A DNA stretch of 64,000 nucleotides from Patescibacteria group bacterium (GCA_041659765.1 JBAZXR010000001.1:108537-172536); one strand, 5' to 3'; shown: positions 39,719 to 49,693, numbered from the stretch's first letter. The notes: generated by a model from the letters alone, not told the origin. Translations and numbers: made by a program.

Positions 39719-41035
39719 ATGGCTGAGTTCAAGCCGGAAATAGAAACCTGTGCAAAAATTAAAGTGGTGGGGGTAGGCGGCGGAGGAGGCTCCGCCATTA
39801 ACCGCATGATCACGGAGAAAATCCGTGGTATTGAGTTTTTGGCAGTAAATACTGACGCCCAGGCGCTTCACGGCAGTTTAGCAAGCACGAAAATTCCGAT
39901 CGGTAAGACGGTCACGAGGGGTCTCGGTGCTGGCATGAACCCGGAGATGGGTCGCCGAGCGGTAGAGGAGAACGCAAATGATATTCGGAACGCCATCACC
40001 GGTGCGGACATGGTTTTCTTGACTGCCGGCCTTGGCGGAGGAACTGGCTCGGGGGCTGTCTCTGAGATCGCCAAAATCGCTAAGGAGATCGGGGCGTTGA
40101 CCGTGGCGGTTGTGACTAAGCCTTTTTCTTTTGAGGGGGCTCAACGTCGAAGAATCGCTGAAGACGCACACCATGAGCTGGCTCAGCATGTAGACACTAT
40201 TATCACCATTCCGAACGACCGAGTTTTACAAATTATCGATAAGAAAACATCTTGGGCTGAATCTTTTAGAATTATTGATGACGTTTTGCGGCAGGGCGTG
40301 CAGGGCATTGCGGAGATGATCACCGTTCCTGGGCAGATCAATGTGGACTTTGCTGACGTAAAAGCCATCATGCAGAACGCGGGCAGCGCCCTCATGGGTA
40401 TCGGCAAGGCGTCTGGCGAGTCCAGAGCTGTTGACGCTGCTAAGCAGGCTATCGCGAGTCCGCTCCTCGAAATCTCGATTGATGGTGCGAAGGGCATTCT
40501 CTTCACTGTCGCAGGCTCATCGGACGTGACTATGTTCGAGGTCCAAGAAGCTGCGAAGATTATTACTGGTTCAGCTGACGACGACGCTAAGGTAATCTTC
40601 GGCATCATCCAGGATGACACCCTCGGCGACGAGGTTCGCATTACTGTTGTGGCCACCGGATTCGATAGTCGGGATCACCGCCGAGCTCCGTCGCTTGGCG
40701 GGGAGATTGGTATTGCGCCGAAGTCCGGCTGGCGCCCGCAGGCAGAACTAGAGCCGGTTAGACGCTATACACCTCCGCCACCGCCATTTAACCCGCCACC
40801 TGAACCAGTCCAGAAGCAAGAAGCACCTGCTTCCCCTTTTGGTCGCCGGCCGGTTTCACAGTTTACCCCATCGGAGCCGTCTCCTGAGCCGTCAGTTTCC
40901 TCATTTAACCCATCTCCAGTTTCTCAGCAGAATAGAGTGACCCCGGCTCAATCTTCGCCTTCCGCCCAAAATTCCCAAAAAGAAGATGATGGAGAGTTTG
41001 GCATCCCGGCTTTTATTCGCAGAAAGATGATGTAG
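39719..41035 (+). CDS. ftsZ: Cell division protein FtsZ
   Basis: GVGGGG, NTDAQAL, GGGTGSG, NVDFADV; C-terminal IPAFIRR. Confidence 0.98.
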   Translation: MAEFKPEIETCAKIKVVGVGGGGGSAINRMITEKIRGIEFLAVNTDAQALHGSLASTKIPIGKTVTRGLGAGMNPEMGRRAVEENANDIRNAITGADMVFLTAGLGGGTGSGAVSEIAKIAKEIGALTVAVVTKPFSFEGAQRRRIAEDAHHELAQHVDTIITIPNDRVLQIIDKKTSWAESFRIIDDVLRQGVQGIAEMITVPGQINVDFADVKAIMQNAGSALMGIGKASGESRAVDAAKQAIASPLLEISIDGAKGILFTVAGSSDVTMFEVQEAAKIITGSADDDAKVIFGIIQDDTLGDEVRITVVATGFDSRDHRRAPSLGGEIGIAPKSGWRPQAELEPVRRYTPPPPPFNPPPEPVQKQEAPASPFGRRPVSQFTPSEPSPEPSVSSFNPSPVSQQNRVTPAQSSPSAQNSQKEDDGEFGIPAFIRRKMM

Positions 41036-41039
41036 CCGT

Positions 41040-41492
41040 ATGCGCTGTCCAGTCTGTAACTTTAAGTCCACCCGCGTCGTTGATTCCCGCTTGTTGTCGG
41101 ATGGACAAGGAGTTCGTCGGCGCCGGGAGTGTGAGAAAGAGAAATGCGGTTTTCGGTTTTCTACAGTAGAAGAAATTGAATTGTTGGATGTAACCGTAGT
41201 GAAGAGGAACGGCAAGCGTGAAGCATACTCGCGCGAGAAGCTGATCAATGGGCTCAAGCAAGCCTTACAGAAGCGCCCTTACACGGATATTCAGCTGCAA
41301 CATTTAGTGCATGCTATTGAGCGTGATATTCAGAAGATTCGCGGGGGGGAGCTGACGAGTACTGAGATCGGCGAGATCGTGATGAAGCGACTTAGGACTT
41401 TCGATAAGGTTGCTTATATTCGTTTTGCTTCAGTCTATAGATCATTTGAAGACGTGGGTGCTTTTGCCAAAGAATTGAAGAACATTTCTTGA
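41040..41492 (+). CDS. nrdR: Transcriptional repressor NrdR
   Basis: MRCPVC, VVDSR, RRRREC, ATP cone, VAYIRFASVY. Confidence 0.97.
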   Translation: MRCPVCNFKSTRVVDSRLLSDGQGVRRRRECEKEKCGFRFSTVEEIELLDVTVVKRNGKREAYSREKLINGLKQALQKRPYTDIQLQHLVHAIERDIQKIRGGELTSTEIGEIVMKRLRTFDKVAYIRFASVYRSFEDVGAFAKELKNIS

Positions 41493-41511
41493 GGTATACT
41501 TTGAGGGCTCT

Positions 41512-42918
41512 ATGGAGGATGCCCGAACACGTATTGTATGCACAGTTGGGCCAGCGTCAAACACCCGCGTCATGCTGGCTCGCATGATGAGGGAAGGGAT
41601 GGACGTGGCGCGTTTGAATTTCTCCCACGGAACATATCCTCAGCACGCAGCACTTTTACGTGAGGTGCGTGGAGCGGCCAAGAAGACGGGGAAAACCATT
41701 GCTATTCTCCAGGATCTCCAGGGGCCAAAGATTCGCGTTGGGGACTTGGGCGAAGGGATTCAGCTTCATGCGGGGGAAACGGTGACGTTTTCGGCGGCCA
41801 AGAATGTCAAAGCGGGGAAGGGAATTATTCCGTTGTCGTATGATCGACTCGGTAAGGACGTGAAGGTGGGGGATCGAATCTTGCTCGACGATGGCTATTT
41901 GGAAGTCGAGGTTATTAAATCCGGCGGGATGACGGCGACAGCCGTAGTAAAAGTAGCGGGACTTTTGAAATCTCATAAGGGGGCGAATTTTCCCGATTCA
42001 ACGTTATACGTCAGCTCGTTTACTGAGAAAGATAAGGCAGACCTTTTATTCGGTGTTGAACATGGAGTTGATTATATTTGTTTGTCGTTTGTGACTGGTC
42101 CTGAGGTACTGCACAAAGTGAGAGCCCTTATTTTGAAGACTGCGAGATCGTTCGGCGTTCGTCCGCCACTGTTGATGGCTAAAGTTGAGCGCAAGGCTGC
42201 TTTAGCTAGAATCGACGAAATCATTGACGCGTCTGATGCGATTATGCTCGGTCGAGGCGACCTTGGAGTCGAGATCCCACCGGAAGAAGTGCCAGAAGTG
42301 CAGAAGGACATAGTCGAGCGTTGCCGGTTGTCTGGGAAGCCGATTATTGTCGCTACACAGATGCTCGAGAGTATGCGAGAGGCGCCGAGAGCCACGCGGG
42401 CCGAGGTTTCCGATGTTGCGAATGCTGTTTTCGATCATGCCGACGCCGTCATGCTGTCCGCCGAATCTGCTGCGGGTAAATATCCGGCCGTCACCGTTAA
42501 AGTAATGGCTTCGGTTATTAGAGAAGCGGAGGCATCTCGGTTTGACTCGGTTCACGAAGATGATGCTGACGTGAATTGTTTGCCTTCAGCCATCGCTCAT
42601 ACGTTGTCCATGATGGCGCGGCTGGAGATTATTCGCGCAATCGTTGTCGCATCCTCGCTTGGCCAGGCTGCGGGGGCGCTTTCCATGTTCAGACCAAGAG
42701 CACCGCTTATCATTGTTGTTCCTGACGAGGCTGCGGCTAGGCAGGCAATCCTCCGAGCCGGCGCAGTTCCACTGGTGCTAGACGACCACGGTGGCACGTT
42801 TGTCCCGCGCCTGCACGCCATCCTTCACGCTCGACTCAATCTTCCAAAAGGGAAGTGCGTGGCGTATTTAACGAAGACTGGATACGGCGGGATATCACTG
42901 ACCCTCATTCCTGTTTAG
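41512..42918 (+). CDS. pyk: Pyruvate kinase
   Basis: TRIVCTVGP, RLNFSHG, DLQGPKIR, RGDLGVE, ATQMLESM, MLSAESA. Confidence 0.96.
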   Translation: MEDARTRIVCTVGPASNTRVMLARMMREGMDVARLNFSHGTYPQHAALLREVRGAAKKTGKTIAILQDLQGPKIRVGDLGEGIQLHAGETVTFSAAKNVKAGKGIIPLSYDRLGKDVKVGDRILLDDGYLEVEVIKSGGMTATAVVKVAGLLKSHKGANFPDSTLYVSSFTEKDKADLLFGVEHGVDYICLSFVTGPEVLHKVRALILKTARSFGVRPPLLMAKVERKAALARIDEIIDASDAIMLGRGDLGVEIPPEEVPEVQKDIVERCRLSGKPIIVATQMLESMREAPRATRAEVSDVANAVFDHADAVMLSAESAAGKYPAVTVKVMASVIREAEASRFDSVHEDDADVNCLPSAIAHTLSMMARLEIIRAIVVASSLGQAAGALSMFRPRAPLIIVVPDEAAARQAILRAGAVPLVLDDHGGTFVPRLHAILHARLNLPKGKCVAYLTKTGYGGISLTLIPV

Positions 42919-42919
42919 T

Positions 42920-43387
42920 ATGAAGACCGTCTGGCTCATTCCTGGATTTGCGGTGCTCCTCTTGGGCGCCGGTTGCGCGTTGTCAAAATCGCAAACGAAC
43001 CAGGTACCCTCAGAGACAACCCCCATCGCTGAAAAGAAAATGGATGCTCCGGTGTCCGGTGTCCGAGCTCCGGATCCCGGATCCAGGGAATCGGAAGAAG
43101 CTTCTTCCGAGCCTTCTTCCCCTCACATCGTCACCGTTGACGGCGGAGAGTTCTTTTTTGATCCTTCGAGCATTACTGCAAAAACCGGAGAGACGTTGAT
43201 GATCAATTTCGGGACAGTCACTGGTCACCATATTTTCACCATTGACGAACTCAATATCGCTCAGGCTATGACTCCAGGAGGGTCTGTGACGTTTACGGTT
43301 CCCTCCACGCCCGGTCGATACACCTACTATTGCTCAGTCGGACCACATCGCACGCTAGGGATGACGGGAACGTTGATTGTTGAGTAA
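42920..43387 (+). CDS. Cupredoxin (plastocyanin-like) lipoprotein
   Basis: LLGAGC lipobox; F.P..I; H and YYCSVGPHR..GM.G copper ligands. Confidence 0.85.
   Translation: MKTVWLIPGFAVLLLGAGCALSKSQTNQVPSETTPIAEKKMDAPVSGVRAPDPGSRESEEASSEPSSPHIVTVDGGEFFFDPSSITAKTGETLMINFGTVTGHHIFTIDELNIAQAMTPGGSVTFTVPSTPGRYTYYCSVGPHRTLGMTGTLIVE
43048..43096 (+). repeat. Degenerate 7-bp tandem repeat (TCCGGNN) inside the cupredoxin gene
   Basis: tccggtg tccggtg tccgagc tccggat cccggat ccaggga atcggaa. Confidence 0.65.
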
Positions 43388-43488
43388 CCCGATCTCCGCG
43401 AGTTCCGGGACACCTGTAAGCGCTAATGTTGGCGAGTCTTGCCAATAATTGGCGGTATGTTAAACTACTGCCGTTCGAAAAACAGGTT

Positions 43489-43565
43489 GGGACGGTAGCT
43501 CAATTGGTTAGAGCGCTGCCCTGTCACGGCAGAGGTTGCGGGTTCGATCCCCGTCCGTCCCGCCA
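43489..43565 (+). tRNA. tRNA-Asp (GTC)
   Basis: GGGACGGTAGCTCAATTGG...CTGCC-CT-GTC-AC-GGCAG...GGTTCGATCC...CCGTCCCGCCA. Confidence 0.96.
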
Positions 43566-43607
43566 GAAAGTCGCTTCCTTTACGGAGGCGATTTTCATTT
43601 TCTTCAA

Positions 43608-43684
43608 AAGCAGATGAATATCCTGTTGAGAAAATGTTAGGAGGTAATCCGACTCCATTTTCGAGACAGGAGATTCATCTGCTT
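43608..43684 (-). repeat. Conserved-core hairpin element, copy 4 (core 43636-43656)
   Basis: Arms AAGCAGATGAAT-a-TCCTGT..GAAAATG / CATTTTC..ACAGGA-g-ATTCATCTGCTT. Confidence 0.9.
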
Positions 43685-43735
43685 AAAAAAAGAAGTCGGA
43701 GATCCGCGTGGGGATCTCCGACCGTTACGTTCTGG

Positions 43736-45175
43736 TCACTTGCGGGTGCAGGCCGTTTGGCCTTGAGTAGTGGGGCAGTACACGGTGGCGCCGAGGATGT
43801 TGATTTCCACGAGCTCGCCGCTTTTCTGCTTGCGCATCTCGTCCACGATCGCTTCGGGGGCGAGTTTGGCGCCATGCAGCGTGATCAGACCTTTGCCTGT
43901 GGCGCTGGCCGCTACTCCCTGGCCGCAGATGGTGATTTCCTCCTGCCCGTTGGTGGTGACATCCACGTTTTTGAGCGTGGCTACCACACAGTTCTGACCG
44001 TCGCCGAGCGCATAGCTTGAGATCACCGTGAAGGTGGGTTTAGCTGCGGTCGTTTCAGGCGGCAGTGTCGGGAGGCTGATCTTCGGCGGTTCGGCCGGGG
44101 CCACGGGTGCGGTAGGCACTTGCTCCACGTTGGTCGGCTGAGCTGTGGTGGCTTGAACCTCCGTGGCCGGTTTCTCGGTTAGGCTGATGCCGTAACCAAT
44201 CAACCCGAGCGCTCCGATGACGGCTATCACCCCCAGGCTGATGCCGAGGATTGCGCCGAGGTTACTTACTTCCTTCGACTCCGGGCGGATCAGACGAGTC
44301 GCTGGAGCGACCGGCGTTTCAAGGTCGCTCGCCAGGTCAATCAGGGTAATGTTCTGATCATCCTGTTGCTCTTTGAACCGGTTACGGGTGGTGGGGGAGA
44401 CTTCCTTGTCGTCCAGACCCGGTTCATCTTTGGGGAACTGCCGGTGCGGTTTGACCGGCGCAATGGCCGGGGCAGCCGTCGCTGCTTCCGCCTTGAGCGT
44501 TTCCACCATCTTCGCCGTTTGTTCTTCCAGTTCGGCCTTGGCTTGATCCACCGCCGATCCCAGGGTAGGGGCGGGCATTTGTACGGCCCTTGGCTGGGCT
44601 GGTGCCGGGGTCGGCTCCATCATGGGCGGGGCAATGTCCGGCGGTACCGTGTCCGTTCTGGCTGCCGAGGATTGCACAGACCTGAGCCTCTCCATAAAAT
44701 CCACGAGGTTGTCTCGGGGCTCAATTTTTTTACTGACTGGCTCAGTGGTCGAGATAGGTCCGACCCGTTCCACCATCTCAGCTGGTGAGCGTGCAGCACC
44801 ACCAGAAGGTGGCGACATGACAGCGTCATCCCAGACGACATCTGATGAACCAATGTACTCGGTCGTTACGGGATGTTGACCCGTGTACGGACTTGGACCA
44901 GGGTCGTCATCGTCAGGAATCCTGGTCGGTTTCCGTTCGATGATCTGTTCCGCCTTTTTCTTGAAGTGCTCAAGGCGCTCCAGCTCTTTGGGGCTAAGCT
45001 TGCTCACGAAGATGATGGCCCCCATGAGAATAGTGGCATTCGGGGCGGGCGTACCTTCTTCCCCCGCCTTCCCGGTTACCACGAGCTCCTCAATGAATTC
45101 AAGACAAGCTTCTCGGTCATCGGGGTTGAACCCGTCATCGCTGATGATCGTTTGACCATTGGAATTGCTGGACAT
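43736..45175 (-). CDS. Hypothetical Pro-rich single-TM protein (orphan)
   Basis: GAGG SD; long low-complexity region, one TM and a small Cys-containing C-terminal domain; own promoter at 45246-45275. Confidence 0.75.
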   Translation of the reverse strand: MSSNSNGQTIISDDGFNPDDREACLEFIEELVVTGKAGEEGTPAPNATILMGAIIFVSKLSPKELERLEHFKKKAEQIIERKPTRIPDDDDPGPSPYTGQHPVTTEYIGSSDVVWDDAVMSPPSGGAARSPAEMVERVGPISTTEPVSKKIEPRDNLVDFMERLRSVQSSAARTDTVPPDIAPPMMEPTPAPAQPRAVQMPAPTLGSAVDQAKAELEEQTAKMVETLKAEAATAAPAIAPVKPHRQFPKDEPGLDDKEVSPTTRNRFKEQQDDQNITLIDLASDLETPVAPATRLIRPESKEVSNLGAILGISLGVIAVIGALGLIGYGISLTEKPATEVQATTAQPTNVEQVPTAPVAPAEPPKISLPTLPPETTAAKPTFTVISSYALGDGQNCVVATLKNVDVTTNGQEEITICGQGVAASATGKGLITLHGAKLAPEAIVDEMRKQKSGELVEINILGATVYCPTTQGQTACTRK

Positions 45176-45245
45176 GGTCCACCTCAGAGTGAAAAAGGAC
45201 GCAAGTCGCGCCCAAATGGTTATTGGGCAGTTGACTTGACCGCCA

Positions 45246-45275
45246 ATATTAGCAACAAAAAAGTGATTTTGTCAA
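45246..45275 (-). promoter_or_regulatory. sigma70 promoter of the orphan gene
   Basis: Reverse complement TTGACAAAATCACTTTTTTGTTGCTAATAT. Confidence 0.6.
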
Positions 45276-45276
45276 T

Positions 45277-45304
45277 CAAAAAGTCCCCAATCGGGGACTT
45301 TTTG
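45277..45304 (-). terminator. Terminator of infC-rpmI-rplT
   Basis: AAAAAGTCCCC-aatc-GGGGACTTTTT. Confidence 0.8.
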
Positions 45305-45310
45305 CTGATC

Positions 45311-45658
45311 TTAGCTTTTTACTGAAGAAACTACTTTCGAGAAGATGGCTGGATGGTTTTCTGCCAGATCGGCCAGTACCTTGCGGTCCAAACCTACGTT
45401 TGCCTTCTTGAGCATATCAATGAAGCGGGAGTAGGAAAGACCAAATTCACGAACCGCGGCATTGATCTTCAGGTTCCAGAGGCCACGGAAAGTGCGCTTC
45501 TTGGCCCGGCGATCGCGGAAAGCGTAGACACCAGCTTTCAGCATGGCTGGGCGAGCGAGACGGATCTTGCTCTTACGTCCCCACTTGTAGCCCTTAACGC
45601 GCTTCAAGAGTGACTTTCTGCGCTTTACATGTTGTGTACCTCGTTTGACTCTTGGCAT
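45311..45658 (-). CDS. rplT: 50S ribosomal protein L20
   Basis: MPRVKRG, YAFRDRR.KKR.FR.LW, DRKVLADLA. Confidence 0.98.
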   Translation of the reverse strand: MPRVKRGTQHVKRRKSLLKRVKGYKWGRKSKIRLARPAMLKAGVYAFRDRRAKKRTFRGLWNLKINAAVREFGLSYSRFIDMLKKANVGLDRKVLADLAENHPAIFSKVVSSVKS

Positions 45659-45661
45659 AGA

Positions 45662-45859
45662 TTAAAGGCTATAAGGGAGAGAAGTCTTGATTATTCCCCG
45701 GAGGGCTTTTGACACGGAGACATCCGTGCGCTTGGCGCGGGTGGTATCTCCGCTTTCGCGAGAGTTAAAGTGGCCTTGGCCGGCTTTTCGCTTAATGATT
45801 TTGCCGGTGCGCGTGATGGTGATGCGCTTGGCCATTGCTTTGTGCGTTTTCATTGCCAT
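45662..45859 (-). CDS. rpmI: 50S ribosomal protein L35
   Basis: MKTHKA..KR...T.TGK; located between infC and rplT. Confidence 0.92.
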   Translation of the reverse strand: MAMKTHKAMAKRITITRTGKIIKRKAGQGHFNSRESGDTTRAKRTDVSVSKALRGIIKTSLPYSL

Positions 45860-45914
45860 ATGGGGGTCAAACAATAGTGGGCGGAGTGTACGTTAGAGGC
45901 AAACTTCGGTCAAG

Positions 45915-46472
45915 TTAGCTTTCCCGAGCCAGGATCATACTCATGCGGCCTTCCTGGTTTTTGATTGGCTGTTCAACTTTTACAGGGTAATGCACCTTGA
46001 GCTTAGCTAGGAAAGAATCAAAGACGGCACGGGCCACGTCCATGTGGGCGCGTTCGCGTCCGCGGAGGATCATTTCGGCCTTAATCTTATCTCCCTGTTC
46101 AAAGAATTTCTTGGCTTGCTCAACGCGGATATCCAGGTCTCCTACGCCAATACGTGGCGTCAAACGGATACCCTTAATTTCAACTTCCTTGCTCTGAGCG
46201 CGCTGTTTTCTGGCTTCCTTCTCCTTTTGATATTTGAACTGGCTGTAATCGCCAAATCGGCAGACCGGCGGTTCGGCCTTAGGTGAAACCTCAATCAAAT
46301 CAAGTCCGCGTTCTTTGGCTTGAGAAACGGCATCTTTAGTGCTCATCACGCCGAGTGACTTGTCTTCCTCGTCAATCACTCTGACCTCTTCCGCTAAAAT
46401 AGCCGCATTGGCGCGGTACTCAACAACGGAGAACTTTGGCTTTTGAAAACGTCGGTGTCTATGAATGCGCAT
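45915..46472 (-). CDS. infC: Translation initiation factor IF-3
   Basis: EVRVID, LDLIEVSP.A.PPVC, GDKIK...LRGRE. Confidence 0.96.
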   Translation of the reverse strand: MRIHRHRRFQKPKFSVVEYRANAAILAEEVRVIDEEDKSLGVMSTKDAVSQAKERGLDLIEVSPKAEPPVCRFGDYSQFKYQKEKEARKQRAQSKEVEIKGIRLTPRIGVGDLDIRVEQAKKFFEQGDKIKAEMILRGRERAHMDVARAVFDSFLAKLKVHYPVKVEQPIKNQEGRMSMILARES

Positions 46473-46530
46473 GGCCGTGGGGTTAATTGGTCGAAAGTAT
46501 AGGTAAGGAATGTGTTTTTGTCGAGCTGGA

Positions 46531-46589
46531 GGATATGTTCGAAAAATTTGTTAGGAGGTAATCCGACTCCAAATTTTTTGGACATATCC
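46531..46589 (-). repeat. Conserved-core hairpin element, copy 5 (core 46550-46570)
   Basis: Arms GGATATGTTCGAAAAATTTG / CAAATTTTTTGGACATATCC. Confidence 0.9.
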
Positions 46590-46632
46590 GTAAGCTCTAA
46601 CAATTGGTGGACCACGTCGTTCGCGAACGACG

Positions 46633-47027
46633 TGGTGGACCTGGCGGGAGTTGAACCCGCGTCCGAAAGTGATTAGAGAATGACTTGTTACATGCTTTGC
46701 CCGGCTGGGTAATGAAATCGCTCGAGCCGAGCAAAAGACGATTTCATATGTCTCTGAACCGTAATCGCAGTGAAGGCAGAGACGCCCTATACTGCACAGT
46801 CAGTCTTTATAGCACCCGGACTCTTCCCGATTGACATGGAAGGCGGATGTGGCAAGGGCGCTTAGGCCGTGGCCATGGAAAGTGATGGGGCAAATGCGAA
46901 ACGCATTGCTTCCTTCACCTTAGAGAATACATTGGCGTGTATGTCGTTGTACCAGGTGATACGGAGTCCGGTACCTCTCCTGCATGATCATTTCCCCTCA
47001 CAGCTTTCGTCGAAGCCTGGCAGGCCC
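46633..47027 (-). ncRNA. ssrA: tmRNA; tag ORF 46936-46862 ANVFSKVKEAMRFAFAPSLSMATA*
   Basis: 5' GGGCCTG..GGCTTCGAC and 3' GGGTTCAACTCCC.CCAGGTCCACCA form an Ala acceptor stem with G3-U. Lies directly downstream of smpB. Confidence 0.93.
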
Positions 47028-47032
47028 AGCAT

Positions 47033-47482
47033 CTATACATCGAACTCACTATGTCGTCGCACGTCGCGGTCAAGGTCTCGCTGTTTGATGCTATCCCGTT
47101 TTTCGAATTGCTTCTTACCTCGGGCTAGCGCGAACTTGACCTTAACAAGCGACCGCGCAGTATAGAGCGAAAGTGGGACAATAGTCAACCGTTCAATTTC
47201 CCGTTTTGCTTGAAGTTTAGCAATTTCTTTTTTGTTGACCAAGACCACTCTATCCCTGATGGGATTATAGGCTTCCAGATGTCCGGCCGGAGCGTATGCA
47301 CCTATGTGCATGCCTTTGAGAATCAACTGTCCTCGTTCGACTAATAGAAAAGCGCCTTTGAGGTTTACGTTTCCACCTTTGGCTGATTTTACTTCCGCGC
47401 CAGTCAGCACTAAGCCGCCCTCGAAAGTTTCCAGGATTTCAAAGTCGTGCAGGGCTTTGCGGTTTTGGGCTAAGTCAGCCAT
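47033..47482 (-). CDS. smpB: SsrA-binding protein
   Basis: NRKA.HDF, L.G.EVKS, ARGKKQFEKR. Confidence 0.97.
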   Translation of the reverse strand: MADLAQNRKALHDFEILETFEGGLVLTGAEVKSAKGGNVNLKGAFLLVERGQLILKGMHIGAYAPAGHLEAYNPIRDRVVLVNKKEIAKLQAKREIERLTIVPLSLYTARSLVKVKFALARGKKQFEKRDSIKQRDLDRDVRRHSEFDV

Positions 47483-47506
47483 ACGGGTGCTACAATACAG
47501 TCATCT

Positions 47507-48562
47507 ATGGCACAAAGCCAAATTAAGGATAGTCGGGAGCGAGTTCTGGTAGTTTCGTCGGGGACTGTCATTCGTGTTTGTTTAACTCTCTTAGCGATCG
47601 TGGTTATTTACTTGATAAGGGATATTGTTGCCTTATTTTGTGCCGCTTTATTTCTGGCAGCGCTGATTGACCCCTTTGCTGATTTTTTTGAGGATCATAA
47701 AGTACCAAGAGGTTTGGCCGTACTTTTGGTGTACATAGTTGGGATCGTGGCGCTTGCCTCGGCTATTGTCCTCCTTTTGCCTCCGGTCTTGAGCGAGCTA
47801 AAAACGGTGTCGACTATCTTTGCGCCGCTCCTACCACAGGTCTTTGGCCAAAACGCCGATCTCTCAGTTATCCTCCAGGGCTCGGTCACTGAGTCGGTTA
47901 CCAAGTTTATAAACACTTTGCGCGGGTCAGGCATTTCAGCAGCTGTCCCTCAGTTATTGGCGATTGGTTCCACTGCCTTCGGGGCGATCGCGGCCCTGCT
48001 CGTTGTGCTTATTCTCGCCTTTTATTTGGTCAGCGAAAAAGAAGCCTTAGTGAAAGCGCTGTCATCTGTTACTCCGGACGACTATCAATCATTCGTGTCT
48101 CAGGCTGCGATGAAAATTCGGGTCCGACTAGGCGCTTGGCTGCGGGGAGAACTGATGCTTATGACGAGCATTTTCTTGTTGACGTATATTGCGCTGTCCC
48201 TCATTGGCATTCCGTATGCGATCGTGTTAGCACTACTGGCTGGGCTGTTTGAAATCATTCCATTTGTGGGGCCGTTGCTCGCCGGTATCCCATCGGTAAT
48301 TCTAGCTTTCGCCATTTCGCCCATCCTCGGAGTCGTCACCATCCTTGCCTATATTCTTATCCAGGTGCTCGAGGGCAACGTCCTGGTGCCCAAAATTATG
48401 CAACGGGCAACCGGGCTCAATCCCATCATTACTCTCTTGGTTGTCTTGATCGGACTAAGATTGGGCGGTATTGTGGGGGCGATCCTGTCTATTCCACTAG
48501 CTAACGCTGCCGCTGTCTTTATTCAGGAAGTATATAGAGAAAGAAAATCCCATCTAGCCTAA
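47507..48562 (+). CDS. AI-2E family transporter
   Basis: Multi-TM; IPFVGP, QVLEGNVLVPKIM, LNP, GAILSIP motifs. Confidence 0.9.
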   Translation: MAQSQIKDSRERVLVVSSGTVIRVCLTLLAIVVIYLIRDIVALFCAALFLAALIDPFADFFEDHKVPRGLAVLLVYIVGIVALASAIVLLLPPVLSELKTVSTIFAPLLPQVFGQNADLSVILQGSVTESVTKFINTLRGSGISAAVPQLLAIGSTAFGAIAALLVVLILAFYLVSEKEALVKALSSVTPDDYQSFVSQAAMKIRVRLGAWLRGELMLMTSIFLLTYIALSLIGIPYAIVLALLAGLFEIIPFVGPLLAGIPSVILAFAISPILGVVTILAYILIQVLEGNVLVPKIMQRATGLNPIITLLVVLIGLRLGGIVGAILSIPLANAAAVFIQEVYRERKSHLA

Positions 48563-48566
48563 CTAT

Positions 48567-48932
48567 ATGAATCATCGCTCGTGGTTTCCCTCTATTCTCA
48601 TGGGTCTGTCACTAATGTTGGCTTTAGTATTTTTAGTCGTGATGAAAGGCTCGCCTATCAGTTTTTCAGGCGGGTCTATTAGCGAGTCCATCCCTACAGT
48701 GACAGTCGGTGATTATCGTACCGCGGTTAATTCCATTCTTGATGCTTACGCTGTTAGCCACGATGCCGGTAAAACACACAGTGCTTTAATTTTACTGCGC
48801 GTGCCTAAGGAAGATCAGATTGTGCATTTTGATCTGGTGGTCGCCTTCGGTAAACTTGTCACCAAAGAAACTAAAGACGGGGAAGCGCGCTTGGCTGCGG
48901 TTAAAGCTGCAAATTCCTGGCTTCATCTGTGA
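48567..48932 (+). CDS. Hypothetical exported protein
   Basis: N-terminal TM; operonic spacing. Confidence 0.65.
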   Translation: MNHRSWFPSILMGLSLMLALVFLVVMKGSPISFSGGSISESIPTVTVGDYRTAVNSILDAYAVSHDAGKTHSALILLRVPKEDQIVHFDLVVAFGKLVTKETKDGEARLAAVKAANSWLHL

Positions 48933-49693
48933 TCCTTCTTCACCGCTTCACCCCCTTTGCCATAGCTCTCGCTTCTTGCGTGCTTTTTTTGGTCTTGTCC
49001 GTGGCGCCGTTCACCCTCTATCCGGTAGCGATCGTGGCTGGTTTGCTCGTGCCTATTTTGTTCGCACGTCTCTTGCTGTTTGAAGTTAAGCGTCCGGCAT
49101 TTTACGTTTTTCTTGGGACGCCTTTTCTTCTTTTATTGTCTTCACTCATGTTTTTTCTGCTACTCGAATCTTCGGAGGCAAAGTGGGTACTGGGAGGAAT
49201 CGTGACCATCGCTTTGTTCCTCTACGCTGAGAATCTGTTTGCGTTCTATCACTTGCCTAGTACTTATCAGGCCTATTCTCTCGAGTACCTGACACTCATG
49301 ATGTACATCGGGAGTGCGTTCTTCTTCACGAGTAGCGCCTATATGGGCCAGCTCTTCTTGGAACTGCCTCTCTGGGTGCCGGCTATTATGGTTTTTGCGA
49401 GCATCCTGTATGCTATGCTGGCGGTTTTTTGGGTCAGTAAAATTGGTTTTGAAACTGGTATTCCGTACGCAGTACTCGGAGCTATCTTGATGACCGAGCT
49501 CTATATCTCGCTCGCTTTCCTGCCGGTCAGTTTCATCGCTAACGCCGCCGCCTTTTCGGTCTGTTTGTCTACGTATTTTGGTCTAACACGGGCGCACGTG
49601 CTCGAAAAACTGTCGCCTACGGTTACTAAAAGGTATTTAGCTTTTGGTCTTTTGCTCTTGGTCGTAATTTTTGGTACAGCTACCTGGATATAA
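48929..49693 (+). CDS. Hypothetical multi-pass membrane protein
   Basis: About nine hydrophobic segments; GTGA overlap with the upstream gene. Confidence 0.7.
   Translation: MILLHRFTPFAIALASCVLFLVLSVAPFTLYPVAIVAGLLVPILFARLLLFEVKRPAFYVFLGTPFLLLLSSLMFFLLLESSEAKWVLGGIVTIALFLYAENLFAFYHLPSTYQAYSLEYLTLMMYIGSAFFFTSSAYMGQLFLELPLWVPAIMVFASILYAMLAVFWVSKIGFETGIPYAVLGAILMTELYISLAFLPVSFIANAAAFSVCLSTYFGLTRAHVLEKLSPTVTKRYLAFGLLLLVVIFGTATWI

Noticed and set aside
43736-45175. tRNA-Asp-anchored genomic island
   Set aside because: There is no integrase and no duplicated tRNA 3' end, only a single orphan gene.
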